The translations under genes were made by a program, and so were the position numbers. The notes under the pieces were generated by a model. The model made no database searches and was not told the origin of the DNA. It saw nothing but the letters and a program-made list of their open reading frames with translations. Shown here one piece after another: positions 1 to 12,895 of a stretch of DNA of 64,000 nucleotides (position 1 is the stretch's first letter; each line of letters opens with the position of its first letter). The stretch comes from Octopus vulgaris (lineage: Eukaryota). The stretch covers positions 108,500,001 to 108,564,000 of the forward strand of contig OX597814.1 of NCBI GenBank assembly GCA_951406725.2. The letters run 5' to 3'.

Positions 1-42
1 AGAAATGACTAAAATTTGGGAGTTAAGGCTCCCATTAGGGTG

Positions 43-44
<2 letters not shown>

Positions 45-97
<53 letters not shown>
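45..97. repeat. (TA)n microsatellite
   Basis: Perfect TA dinucleotide run. Confidence 0.95.
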
Positions 98-101
<4 letters not shown>

Positions 102-169
102 ACGATAAATGATAGATACAACTGAGTGGGCAAACAAAAATATGAGACACAGCCTAGTGCTTTTGTATG

Positions 170-360
170 TTGATAAGCCTAGTACTTATTCTATTAGTTT
201 GTTCTTGTGAAACCAGTAAGTTTTGTGGATCTAAATAAATGAACAGTAATTGTGAAGCAGTGATGAGGGCGAAACACAGACACAAAGACACACACATACA
301 CTTACATATATGCATATATATACGATTGATTTGTTTCAGTTCCTGTCTACGAAATCCATA
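170..360 (-). mobile_element. SINE family B fragment (tail and middle), target of the RTE insertion
   Basis: Resembles copies at 37329-37735 and 32661-33438 (cctagtacttattcta..., tttcagttcctgtctacgaaatcca). Confidence 0.6.
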
Positions 361-364
361 TATA

Positions 365-3102
365 TTGTTGTTTGCATCCTTTTTGTCTCGGGAGACAATG
401 GAGTTGCGCATAAAATAATCTAGTCCGGCTTTTACATTTCATGTCCTAATACATCTCCTGTATGTGGTTGTGTAGTCCTATCCTGGACAAACACTCTGCT
501 GTGGTTGTGTAGTCCTATCCTGGACAAACACTCCCTCTGGCAGGTGCCGCAAATGTAGCGAAGACTTTGCCTGGCTGGTTGTAATGTCATACTTTCTAGT
601 TGACGTCTTTTCTTGTCTTCCCATTTTTCCTCTCCCTCTATGTTACTCCTTTGTGTTCCCTCTTTTACGGTACGTCGCCAATCTCCACGGTTGCTGGCAA
701 CTGCTTCCCAGTTAGTAATATTGATGTTGCAGGCATTCATGTCACCTTTGTAAACATCCTTATATCGTAAGAACGGTCTTCCCACAGACCTAGCGCCCCT
801 AGCAAGCTCTCCGTAGAGTATGTCCTTGGGGATTCTGCCATCTTCCATACGGCTAACATGTTGAAGCCATCTCATACGTCTTTGTGTGAGGAGTGTAAAC
901 ATGCTTGGTATTCCTGCTTGCTTGAGGACATCTTTGTTGGGGACATTATTCTGCCATTTGATGCGAAGGATTTTCTGGAGGCAGCGCAGGTGAAAGATAT
1001 TTAGGCGACGTATGGCGTCGTATGGCGTCGTATGGCGTGTGTATGGCGTCCAAGTCTCACTTCCATACAGTAGAGTGCTAAGTACACATGCCTGGTAAAT
1101 CTTCATTTTTGTGATCTTGGTCAGCTTATTGTTGTCCTATGCCCGTTTGGAGAGTTGGGCCATCACAGCAGCTGCCTTGCCAATGCGTATATTGAGCTCA
1201 GTATCAAGGGATAGGTTGTAGGTGACGGTAGAGCCAAGATAGGTAAACTTCTCCACCTCCTGTAGTTTGTGGTCTCCAATATGTTTGTTTGGGATAGTCG
1301 ATGTAGCCTGACCCATGATGTTGGTCTTCTTGAGGCTGATAAATGAGCCAAAGTTGCCACATGCTTGCTCAAAACTGTTGATGAGCCTTTGTAGGGCTTC
1401 TTCTGTGTGTGATACCAGAGCGGCATCATCAGCAAATAGTATCTCCTTGATCAGGACGCTTCTGATTTTGGTCTTGGCACGCAAACGCGAGAGATTGAAC
1501 AGTTTCCCATCACTTCTACTGTGCAGAAACAATCCATCATCTGATGTCACAAAGGCATGTGACAGCAGCAGCGAGAAGATGCCAAATAATGTAGGAGCAA
1601 GGACACAACCTTGCTTTACCCCATTTTTTATTTGGAAGGCGGCTGATGTTGAACCATTGTGCTGTATGGTGCCTTGCACATCATCATGGAAAAATGTGAT
1701 GATCCTCAGCAGCTTTGGTAGACATCCGATCTTTTGGCCTTTGTCAGATCAATGAAGACCATATATAATGGCATTTTCTGCTCTCTGGACTTCTCCTGAA
1801 GTTGGCGTATGGAGAATATCATATCAATAGTTGATCTGCTTCTTCTAAAGCTACACTGCGATTCTGGATAAATTCGAGAAGCAAGCAGTTGCAGCCTGGA
1901 CAGGATAATGCGAGCAGAGGCCTTTCAAACTGTGCTTAGAAGAGATATTCCACGGTAATTGTTACAATCACCACGGTCGCCTTTGTTTTTGTAAAGCGTA
2001 ATGATGTTAGTATCCCGCATATCCTGAGGGACTGTACCCTCTTCCCAGCACTGACACAGAAGCTCATGAATGTGCCGAAGCAGGATGGTGTTTTTGCCGG
2101 TTTTGATGATCTCTAAGGGGATGCCGTCTTTTCCCGGAGCCTTGTTACTTGCTAGGGAGTCAATAGCCTTAGTGAGCTCTGCTATAGATGGCAGACTATC
2201 AAGTTCACACATGACTGGCAAGATCTTGACACCTCGATTGCAGCCTCAGCTACCGTGGTCTCTCGTGAGTAGAGATCCTGGTAGTACTCCACCCATCTAT
2301 CCATTTGCTTGCTTTGGTCCTTGATGAAATCCCCAGTAGTTGATTTCAGTGGGGCTGACTTGGTTGCGGATGGACCGGGGGCCTTCTTCAAACCGGCATA
2401 CATCCCACGGGTGTCGCCACTGTCAGCAGCTGACTGGATACTCTGACAGATTTCCTGCCAATACCTATTTGCACAGCGTCTGGCAGTCAGTTGGGTTTTA
2501 TTTCTTGCCTTTCTGAGTTCTTCGAGTGACTTTATAGAAGAATCACTCTTGTATTACATCAGAGCTGCACGCTTTCTTTCAATAACTGTTTCCAGCTCTG
2601 AGAGCCCAGCACTGAACAAATTCTGGGTTTTGCCTTTCTCTCATGCCGAAAGTATCTATTGATGTGGTATACAAAGCTTCCCTGATATAATTCCACCTAC
2701 TTTCAGCAGAGATGGTTGGGCAGCTACTGAGGGCAAATTTGATAGAAACAGCAAAACATTGTCGCAGTGTATGGTCGGAGGTTCTGGCAGTGTTAATGCG
2801 TGGTCGGCCCATTTTCTTGGAGTGATGGACTTTTTAGGCAGAATCCTCACGCTGCGTCTTATTAGTGAATGATCTGTGTCATAATCCGCGGTGTGGTAAC
2901 TACGAGTCAGTTGAACAGAATTCAGAAAGGATCTTTGCGTAATGATGAGATCCAGCTGATGCCAGTAGTGAGATCTTGGATGTCTCCAAGATGCCTTGTG
3001 GGATGTCTTGTTGGCAAAGAATGTGTTAGTGATGCACGGGTTATGGTATGTTCAAAATTCAAGTAGCCTCTGGCCATTGTCATTCATGTTGCCAATACCA
3101 AA
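365..3102 (-). mobile_element. RTE-clade (BovB/RTE-like) LINE, 5'-truncated and frameshifted
   Basis: Partial APE endonuclease (FGIGNMNDNGQRLL near 3060-3102), KAPGKDG..NYRGISLL (1925-2221), RT GVKQGCVLAPTLF/LFADD (1137-1679), LLYGSETW and C-terminal CxxC..H..H (432-1106), 3' tail (CAA)n at 365. Flanked by a ~70-bp direct repeat. Confidence 0.93.
1137..1679 (-). pseudogene. RTE reverse transcriptase core fragment
   Basis: GVKQGCVLAPTLF, FADD, FTYLGS motifs; ORF broken on both sides. Confidence 0.9.
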
Positions 3103-3164
3103 ACACATACACTTACATACATATATATACGATCGATTTGTTTCAGTTCCTGTCTACGAAATCC

Positions 3165-3195
<31 letters not shown>

Positions 3196-3221
3196 TACAC
3201 ACACATACATATATATATATA

Positions 3222-3312
3222 TTTGGAATTTACAAAAGAAACGAACAAAAGACGAAGACGGGTGTGTAAACAGCAAACAGGTTTATTAGTTTAACGCTCC
3301 GGACTTAGGAAA
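3222..3312 (-). mobile_element. Penelope-like pLTR tail fragment
   Basis: Reverse complement resembles the 3' parts of 9430-9612 and 19013-19210. Confidence 0.55.
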
Positions 3313-3771
3313 ATTTATATAGGGAGTACTACTAATTTTAAAATTAGATATAGGGGACGCAAGAATTCATTTATTCACCCCTATATAAAAATTACAGACA
3401 TTTTAGTATGTTGTAAGCATAAATATTTAGTGTCTTGTAATTTTCTTAAACTTTAAAATATAATTTTTTAGAATATAAAAGCTTTTTGAAAATACGGTCC
3501 AATTAGATCATTAGACCCAATGAACACTTATGCGCAAACCTGTAATCTTAAATTATTTTTTTATAGTAGAGAGTCGAATATTCCCATTTGCTATTATTTG
3601 CATGATTAACTAAAGTTAACCTTTCAATGAATTTAATTTCTTATTTAAACGTGGTAATCCTCTTGAAAATCTGTCACTTATTCATCGATACTCAAAAACT
3701 GAACTTTCAGCAACTGAATACTCACCATGTATTGCCTTAATGCTTTTTGCTGGATTTTACCTCGAGAAAGG

Positions 3772-3839
3772 AACCCTGAGGAAGGAGGGCTGAATTTCGA
3801 ATACTTCGTACAACCACTTTTCTGAAACGGCTGCAGGTT
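3772..3839 (+). ncRNA. Type I hammerhead ribozyme-like motif (degenerate)
   Basis: aacc-CTGAGGA-stem II-GAAAC-ggct-GCA-ggtt; stem I AACC/GGTT perfect; U16.1 changed to C. Confidence 0.6.
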
Positions 3840-3920
3840 AGGAAAAATATTTTAATCGCCTCTTTCAATTTAGGTTTTTATTTTTCATGTTTATATTCGT
3901 ATTTCATTGTTATGTTTATA

Positions 3921-4486
3921 TTGGGTTGTCCAGAAAGTTCGTTCCGATTTTTAAAGGAAAGTAAAGGTCACTAAATACTTGCCATTACATTTTTAATGAA
4001 CCAAATCTGAACCATTTCGTTGCACAATACGTCTCCATCTTTCCTTTACCTTGAAAATACCCTCTTCCCATAATTGGGGTGGTTTCAAGGCAAAGAATTC
4101 GTCAAGGTATCTTTTTACGTCATCTAAGGAAATGAAATTTTTACCATTAAGACTTTTCTGCAGAGACCTGAATAAGTGGAAATCCGAAGGAGAAATATCT
4201 GGGGAACAGGGAGGGTGGGGGTAACACATCCCAGCCGAGCTGCAGCAATTTTTGTCTGGTTCCCAAAGCATCAAGTGCCGAAAATTAACTTTCTCATCTT
4301 TTAATTTAAAGGGTTACAGAATTAACACAGGTTATAGGAACATAAACCTTCTTCCACGAAAAGATAGCTTAAACTGTGCTCTAAATGGAGGTGTAGTCAA
4401 ATCTTATTTTATGGACTCAAACATGTTCTAAAATAAGTCGAAAGATAAGCTACTATAAATCGGCACGAACTTTCCGGACAACCCAA
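3921..4486 (-). mobile_element. Non-autonomous mariner deletion derivative
   Basis: TIRs ttgggttgtcc(a/g)gaaagttcg, TA flanks, transposase C-terminus PHPPCSPDISPSDFHLF (3993-4274). Confidence 0.92.
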
Positions 4487-4733
4487 TATTTCTATATTTT
4501 TATCATGAAACTCTTAACATAAATATGTGTATATTCGTATGGAATGATACCTCATGTGCTACATCTGAATTTTCTTGTCTGAATGTTTTAAGACAAATAT
4601 CCGAAATTTTTATCGTATACCACATTTTATTAATACTTAGCTCATATACGGAGACAAAAATGTTGTACTATATACTGCAGGTTATCTCCATTAAAATTCT
4701 CGTATTATATACATTATATATAGATAATATACA

Positions 4734-5456
4734 CACTGGCGAAAATAAATTTAAGACCGATGATAAAAGTTCTATTTCTTACAAAATATTCTGTTACTAG
4801 TCCTTTGCCGATCTTTATATTGACCAGTCTCCGAGTATAACTTCCACGCTTGCACGCAAGCCGGTTACTGCACTTTAGTTGTTTGCTGATGTTCGAAAAG
4901 GAAACTTTTTGCTGTAATATACGATTTTTGCTCTCGTGACTGGACTAAGGCTACGTTGTTTTCCCATTATTGATAAATTGTATAACATTAAATTATAAAT
5001 TTATATGGTGCATTTAGGCTCGTTGTGTGACCACCCATTTTGGCCAGAGAAATTGCATACATATTACATGGTCTTAAACTAATTTTGCCGGTAAATTTGA
5101 AACGTTTATATTACGTTCTGAGTTCAACTTCCGCCGAGGTCAACTTTGCCTTTCATCCTTTCGGGGTCGATAAATTAAGTGCCAGTTACGCACTGGGGTC
5201 GATGTAATCGACTTAATCCGTTTGTCTATCTTTGTTTGTCCCCTCTATGTTTAGCCCCTTGTGGGCAGTAAAGAAATATATATTAATTTAGCATTAGAAT
5301 TCTTCAAGTCGTATAAAAATTGTTTGCATCATTCGAATGAGAAATAAATTTTGCATAAGGTGTAAAAGATATAAATAATTTGTATGGTGTTAGTAACAAA
5401 ATATTTTGTTAGAAATAGAACTTTTATCGTAGGTCTTAAATATATTTTCGCCGGTG
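4734..5456. mobile_element. Tc1/mariner-type MITE with a nested SINE
   Basis: 25-bp TIRs cactggcgaaaataaatttaagacc / ggtcttaaatatattttcgccggtg(TA); internal copy of the right TIR at about 5070-5093. Confidence 0.7.
5108..5280 (+). mobile_element. SINE family A (Meta-domain-like), 5'-truncated
   Basis: gagttcaa B-box plus gcctttcatcctttcggggtcgataaattaagt body shared with more than 12 copies in the window. Confidence 0.85.
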
Positions 5457-5464
5457 TATATATT

Positions 5465-7994
5465 TCAGGTCATCCCATAAGTTCTGTCCGAATTTTGGAT
5501 AAAGAATCCAAGTGATCAAATGTTATATTTAATTGAAAGTTAATCATCAATGTACTTTCCCTGATTATCTATGACTTACTTCCATCTATTTCAAGCTTTT
5601 TAATCCCATCAATGTAAAACTCTTTTGGTTTCAAAGCGAAGAACTCTGAAATGTCAGGTTCGACCTCCTCCTGGCTTGCGAAAGTTGTGTCCCCCTAATA
5701 ATTCTGTAAACTATGAAACAAATGGTATCCTGAAGGAGTAAGGTCGGGAGAATAAGTTGGATGAAGAAATTTTTCCAAACGGACCTCTTCGATCTTCTGT
5801 GATGTGATCTTTGTGTGTTTTCGACTCACTAAAGCGGCTCTTTTTTTCCTTCAAAGCTTGGTTCAAACGCTCTAATTGCTGACAGTAGACTTGAACATTG
5901 ATTGTTGCATTAGGTGGTAACAATATAAAGTGAATTACGCCTTTGCAATCGCACCAGATAGAGTAGAACCGTTTTCCCATGAAGTTCCCTTCTCGGTTGT
6001 GGTTGAGCATTTTCCCTTTTACCAAGCCACTGTTTACGACGTTTAACATTTCGATAGAAAATCCATTTTTCGTCACAAGTCTATCGAAAAAGGGTGAAAT
6101 GAATTTGCGAGAATGGAGAGAAGAGCAGATGCCAACTCGGGATTTACGGTTGCTTTCGGACAATACATGAGGCACCTATTTTCCAAGTTTAGGAATCTTT
6201 CCACGTTGTTGAAGATGACGATGAACTGTTGTATGGTTTGAAGTAAGCTTTATTGTCAATTCTTCAACTGATAACGACGGATTTTCTTCAAGTAATGCCT
6301 CAAGGAGCTTATCATCAAACTCAACTGGACATCTTATTCGATCTTCTTCTTCAATTTTGCAAACAATCTCCTGCAAGTTCTTTCATTCAAGCACTTTCCC
6401 ATAAACTGAGTGTATGTTTCGAGTCACTTCGGCTGCAGTGTTACTTTTATTGTACTCATAAAGAATTATATGTGCCTTAAATGCTCTTTGGATACTTCCA
6501 TGTTGAAAGGGTTTTAATCAAAGCAATTTTAGGTTGTCCACAAAGTCTGGGTACATGGAATAAAATCATAACATAAGCAAATATAAGAAATAATAATTTT
6601 CCTTTTTTACTTTTGTTTAAATTAAATTTTAAAAATACTTTACTTTTCTAAATTTATTTGTTATTTTTTCTACAGATGATCGAATGATGGCTCTGTCTAG
6701 AGAAGAAAGAATCCCAGATCGAATGATGGATCTGTCTAAAGAAGAAAGAATCGAGTTAGTATTACTAAGTGGACGAGAAGGATTGTCTTATCGCAAAATT
6801 GCGGAAGAATTTAATCTTCGGCACCCTTATAGGTAACCTATTTTTTTTACTGCCGTCGGGAAATTGATCAAGAAATTTAAAGAAACGGTCAGTGTTTTGG
6901 ATAAACCCCGTTCCGGGCGACCAAAGACTTCAGATGAAACGAAAGAGGCTGTCATGGCTAAAGTTTCTGCTAGCCCAAAGAAATCATTTCGTCGGACATC
7001 CACGGTGTTAGGTGTTCCAAAACCAACCATCCACAAAATACTGGTTGAGGAAAAGTTTCATCGATATAACCTACAGATATTGCATCACTTAAATGAAGAT
7101 GACCCTGATAGACGAATGTAGACGTGCGAATGGTTTTCAGATAAATTGGATGGAAATATCAATTTTACGAAAAACTGTTGTTTAGTGACAAAGCTACGTT
7201 TTATGTAAATGGTGAGGTCAACAGACAGAATCTTCTATACTGGTCTCGAGGTAATCCACATTGGATGGATCCATCCAAACAGCAAGGCAGCAAAAAGGTG
7301 ATGGTGTGGTGTGGTTTGTGGAAAGCTCATGTTCTAGGACCCTTCTTCATTGAACATGTAACGGATGAGACTTATGTAAACATATTGAGAGACAAATTAA
7401 TATCTCAAATTGAGCGCCTAGGCGAGGGCCTTCCGAATTGGTTTCAGCAGGATGGGGCTCCTACCCATTTTGCCACAACTGTTAGAGATTGGTTTAATGA
7501 CACTTTTCCTCACTGGATTGGAAGAAGGGCTCATATGGAAAGGTCCCCTCGTTCACCAGACCTTTCTCCCCTTGATTTATTTTTCTGGGGTATGTTGAAA
7601 GAGAAAGATTACAGATTTAAAACACATGAGAGAACGCATTACCAGTCAGTGTGCTGAAATTGATATCAATGTAGACTTATTTAATCAAGTTCACCTGAAT
7701 TTTGCAAGACGCATCAAGTTATGCATTGAAAAATGATGGAAATCACTTTGAAAATATTATTTATTAACATTATAATTAAATAAAATTGGTTTGTTTTAAA
7801 AGTATGTGTTAATCCCCATGTACGCAGACTTTGTGGACACCCTCTATTATTTTGTAAAACAATATTGAATTAGTTTAAACATACACAAATGCATAGAAAT
7901 AATTTTTAATTGAATTAGACATTTGAAAATACTATTAAATTTCATTCAAATCTAAAAAAAGGTAAAATTGGACAGAACTGATTGGATGACTTGA
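5465..7994 (-). mobile_element. Degenerate mariner element interrupted by a Tc1/mariner-superfamily element
   Basis: TIRs tcaggtcatcccataagttctgtcc / ggacagaactgattggatgacttga; transposase remnants (PHVLSE, IWCDCKGVIH, SPDLTPSGYHLF) at 5600-6500. Confidence 0.88.
6530..7844 (+). mobile_element. DD40/41D-type (rosa/Visitor-like) transposon, pseudogenised
   Basis: TIRs aggttgtccacaaagtctgggtacatgg / ccatgtacgcagactttgtggacaccct; RSGRPKT, FSDKATF, FQQDGAP, SPDLSPLD with 40 aa between the 2nd and 3rd D; in-frame stops. Confidence 0.9.
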
Positions 7995-8999
7995 TATATA
8001 TAATCTATGATATTCTAGCAGGTTTCAAGTTTATAACACCTTGATATCTCATGTTATCTCATTTTATATGCCTAAGACGTTTATTTTCTATTCTGGTTTT
8101 TATATATTTCTATACATTATATTTGTATCTATAATCTATTTTAAGCCGAAACATAATGCGATCCTTGTACAAACGAAAGAACAAGAATGTCCTCTGGAAC
8201 TTTTATCTTCCACTGGTGTTTGTAATCGATGGTGACATGTGCGATCATTTTGCGACTATCTTATATTTTACAGAGAAGTCGGAAGCCCCAAATGTAAGCC
8301 ACCACTTTATGCATATACAATATTTATAGTTCTCTTTTTCTAACTCAAATTCTGTCCTCAATAATTATAGATCTCTATTTCTAAATGCAATTCTTTTCCT
8401 TCTCGTTCAGTTTATAACTATAACACGCATTCTTGTCTGTCTCTTAACAAAGCTTTTTTTCTCCAGCGTTCACCACTTCACCTCGTTAGGGATAAACAGC
8501 CCTTACCGAAAACTTTCGCTGTCCTCTTTTTGTTAGCAGCTTTGAAGTTCCACGTATCTCAAATTTTATTTAATTTGCTTTGGGGGGAGCAATTGCTTTG
8601 ACGAAGACGCATCTTGTTGCACTGCTTGCAATGCGGAGTAGGTAAACCGGCCAACAATTCAGGAAGGGTTGTTTTTTTTATGCTGCCTTCGCGCTATAGT
8701 TCTCAATATATAATGGAAATTATTTCTTCCCAACCCAACCCAACCCAACCCATAGCTGTGTACAGTCGCCCCAATGTCGCCCAGAGCGAGCTCTGGTCGC
8801 CATAGCGAGCTCTGGTCGCCATAGCGTCGACTGTGGACTGGTAGCTGTGTACACTACTTGTCTTGCCTCAACTACGTATCTGTATAGTGGTCATTTGCAA
8901 ACTCCAGAAGGGACAATTTCATTTCTCCTTGTCGACTGTGGGCCGGTAGCTCTGTACAGTCGACCCAACGTCGCCCAGAGTGTGCTCTGGCTGGTATGA

Positions 9000-9098
9000 T
9001 GCTATAGCAGAAGACACATGCCAAGTTACCACACAGTGGGACTGAACTGAGGACCAAGTGTTTTGGAACCAAGTTTGTTACCACACAGCCACACCTGC
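9000..9098 (-). mobile_element. SINE family B head fragment
   Basis: Reverse complement of tggctgtgtggtaa...agttcagtcccactg head. Confidence 0.7.
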
Positions 9099-9354
9099 AC
9101 CTGTGTGTGGGGGGTGTATCGGTATGAGTGTAATGGTGTATATATGTATGCATGTATATATGTGTATATATATATGTGTATATATATATGTTCACATATT
9201 ACATGTACATCTATATATACATCTAGACATAAATGTTTACATAAACATGTATATCTATAGAAATACATCTATACATATACATCAGTTTATATACATGTAT
9301 TTATATAAATGTATATATATATATATACATGTATATATATATTTATATATATAC

Positions 9355-9426
<72 letters not shown>

Positions 9427-9429
9427 CTA

Positions 9430-9610
9430 GTCGCCATGATAGTTCGTTAGCCTCTACACACATTTTTTCTCTCCTTGTTTTTTCTGTGTCCCTTTCTGTA
9501 GAAGAGCGTAGGTTCGAAACGTAAAAGACTTTTTCTATTCCTGAGTGTTGTACTAATACATCTGTTTGTTTTGTACACCACCTGTCTTCGCCTTTTGGTT
9601 TTTCGTAAAC

Positions 9611-9612
<2 letters not shown>
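9430..9612 (+). mobile_element. Penelope-like pLTR fragment with hammerhead motif, between (TA)n and (CA)n
   Basis: Closely matches 19013-19210, which follows a GIY-YIG C-terminus; hammerhead at 9492-9527. Confidence 0.75.
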
Positions 9613-9706
<94 letters not shown>

Positions 9707-10468
9707 CAAGGAAAAATTGTAAAAAGGCAGAATGCTAAATTGAAAGAAAATTTTAATGAAAATGGGTGTATGGAAAAAGTTTTTGAAAAATTGATAAAAT
9801 GTATATATATTAATTCAAACCGGTTTTCGTCATAATGTGACTTTTCAAGAATTGTAAAGAAAAAAAGTTTTTTAAAAGTGAGGAGGGGGAAAAAAGAAAA
9901 TTACATTGTTTTTTGCAAAAAAATAATAATAAATATATACAAAAATTAAAAAATAGGTACTCCGATACATTGTAAAGACTTTGTGTATCTTGAGTTTAAT
10001 GATTGTTCACGAAAAAATTACCTTGAAGTATTGAGATCCAATGGGATTAAATCCATGTGTTGTTTAATTTAATTAAGGGTGAATGGCAATTAATTAAGGG
10101 TGAATTTAATTAAGGGTGAATTAAGTGAATGGCAAAACAGGAAGTAGTAGTAGTAGTAGTCCAGTTCCTGTGTTGTGAATAAGGGGAGACAACTCTATGG
10201 GTTTTAAGCTCTTCAATTTGTGTTTATCAATTTTTTGTAATAAAGGGTGTTAATAAACCTTAAATTATAAAATTATCATTTTAGCTTCATTTGCATTATC
10301 TTTTTTATATAATTGTTTGCTAACTTAACATTCAGATTTTAACCCTTTATTTATATTGTTTTCTAATTATATAAATTTGCATAAACCAATTTATAATTAC
10401 ATTTCAGATTGTTATGTCATATATAATAAAAATAATGATAATAATAACAACAATAATAATAATGATAT

Positions 10469-11083
10469 TTAAAGAATATAAGTTTTAGCTTGAAGTGATG
10501 ACTGCATGGTATCCTTATACATTTGTGTTAGTTCATCCATGAAGAATGAGGTAGAAAAAAGAAGTATGATCAACATATTAAGATGCGTTTTGAATTTTTC
10601 AATAAAGAGATTCTCCTTGTTAATTCCCTCCTGTGTGGTGATTCCGTCTTTACATTGGTAGAAGGGGAATATGTAGAATTTGGGAATTTTGTCTTTAGCG
10701 CATGAGTCTATGTGGTCACTCAGTGGGATTTGCCGGTATTCCGGGAGACTTATTTGTTCTTTTTGTACTGCTACTCTTTTACGTAACGGGAGGCTCGTTT
10801 GTCCAACATAATTATGTTGGCAACCAGCGCATGTGAGAACGTAGATAAGGTTCTCGGAGGAACAGGAGAAGTTGGTCTTGATTTTAAACTTCGTTCCTTG
10901 TTTGAAGATAAATTCAGAGCCTTCAAGTAGGAAGGGGCAGGTGCCACAGTTTGGGCGTGCACATTTTTTAACTGCTGGGGGTGGATGTGGTGTGTGAAGT
11001 TTGGCATTTGTCAAGAGTTTTTTTAAAGATTTGTGTTGCCTTTTACATTTGAGGATTTTGTGTGTATTTATAATGTTTTTCAT
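10469..11083 (-). pseudogene. GIY-YIG endonuclease with Cys-rich linker
   Basis: CARPNCGTCP linker, NLIYVLTCAGC..YVGQT..LRKR. Confidence 0.9.
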
Positions 11084-11305
11084 TTTTTGGTCTGTTGACA
11101 GTAGACTGAGGTTTTGTATGATTGTGGTGTATGCTTCAATATTTTTGGGGTTATGGGTGGAAATGTATGGAAGTATTTTGGGGTTGTGTGTGGTGTTGGG
11201 TTGGGTGGTTTTCAGTGTAATGTTGTCTAGTTCTTTGGCGCGTTTTATTCCATACTCTATAAGGGTGGAGGGATATTGGCGTTGTAATAGTGTTTTTTTG
11301 AGGTC

Positions 11306-12895
11306 TTAAAGGCGTATTACTCGAGTTTTTGGATCCGAGACAATGGTGCATACCCTTTTAGCTAAGTTGAAGGGGATATTTGTCTTGGTGTGTTTTGGGT
11401 GGCATGAACTAAAGAGGAGGTATTGTTGTGAGTCTGTAGGTTTGTGGTAGATGTCTGTTATGATTTGGTTCTTAGGTGTTTTTATAATTAGGAGATCAAG
11501 GAAAGGGAGATGATGTTTGCTTAATTCCATAGTGAATTGGATGTTGGGATGTATGTTGTTCAGTATGGTTTTGAATTCCAGAAGTTTTTCATAAGGTTCT
11601 TTCCATATGATGAAACAATCATCCAAATACCTTTTCCAGTTTTCCGTTAGGTAGGTGTGGAAAACATGTCCAAATTTCTGGCGTGATATCTCATAGAGTG
11701 ATAGTTCGAAGAAACCCATTATGAGGTTCGCAAGGACTGGTGCAGCCTTGGTACCCATCGCAATACCACATTTTTGACGGTAGTGTGTGTTGTCGAAGAG
11801 GAAATAATTGTTTGTCAGAATGAACTTGAGTGATTCCGTAATAAAGGTCTTGTGAATGCGGTCAGGGAATGTCTCTGGGTGTTTTTCTAGCCAGAAATCA
11901 ATTGCCTCAATACCATATTCATGTGGGATGTTGGTGTAGAGGTTGATGACATCAAAGGATACCAGGAGCGCCTCCTCGTTAACTGTTTTTGGGAGGTGTT
12001 TGAGCATGTCCAGATCATCCCTAATGAAACTTTTGATGTGGGTAAGGAAAGGTTTCAAGAGGATGTCTAGGAAATTACTCAGGCGGTGTGTTTCACAGGA
12101 GGTGCCAGCCACGATGGGCCTTAGTTTTAGGTCCTCCGGTGCTTTGATGTTGATGTGGATGTCAGAGGAGAGTTTGCAGGTTTCGGTGATGTATTTGTTT
12201 TTATGGATTTTAGGAAGGCCATAAAAAAGGCTAGACTTGCATTTGAAATTGGTGATATAATCCCTTTCTTTTTCTGTGAGTCCCTGACCGTGTTGGTGTA
12301 TGAGTGTGGTGAAGTTTTTGATTGTTTTTTGTTGCTTATAGTTGTTAATTACCTCATAGAAAGTGTTGTTGTTTAGCATGGAAAGCACTAGGTGTTTATA
12401 AAACTCCGTGTCCATAAGGACCACATCGCTCTCTTTGTCGGCTTCTTTGATGATAAGGCTTTTGTCCAGTTGTAGGTCACGAAGGTTTTTCCATTCTTCC
12501 CTATTGAAATTGGATTTTACCTTGGTTTTGCCTGGGGTAAAGGGGAGACTCTGGATGTGTTTGCAAAAATCGTCCAGTGTTTTATTTCTTCCTTTTGATG
12601 GTAGGAAGTTGCTTTTGTTCTTGATCAATGAATCGTCCCCATTGTTGAGATCTGTCAGAGCTTCTGTTAAACGAAGTTTTCTGCAGAATTCAGAAACGTC
12701 ATCCTTGACCTTGGGTGTTCTTGGGGTGGGTATGAATTTCAAACCTCTTGCTAGGATGTTGATTTGGGTTGGTGTCAGTGTTTTGCTGGAGAGGTTTATA
12801 ATTTTTGTTTTCTTATTTTGGGTCTGTGTTAGCGGTGGTGTTTGTATTTTTCTCCTCTGTCTAAAAAATGGTTGTCGAGGTAAGGGGTGTATTGT
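11306..12895 (-). pseudogene. Penelope-type reverse transcriptase
   Basis: KIINLS..LARGLKF, IIKEADK, FYGLPKIHK, LRPIV, SFDVINLYTNIP, GIAMGT, RYLDD, LPFLDL, YHKPTDS, SCHPKH; frameshifts near 11310 and 11100 separate it from the endonuclease. Confidence 0.93.
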
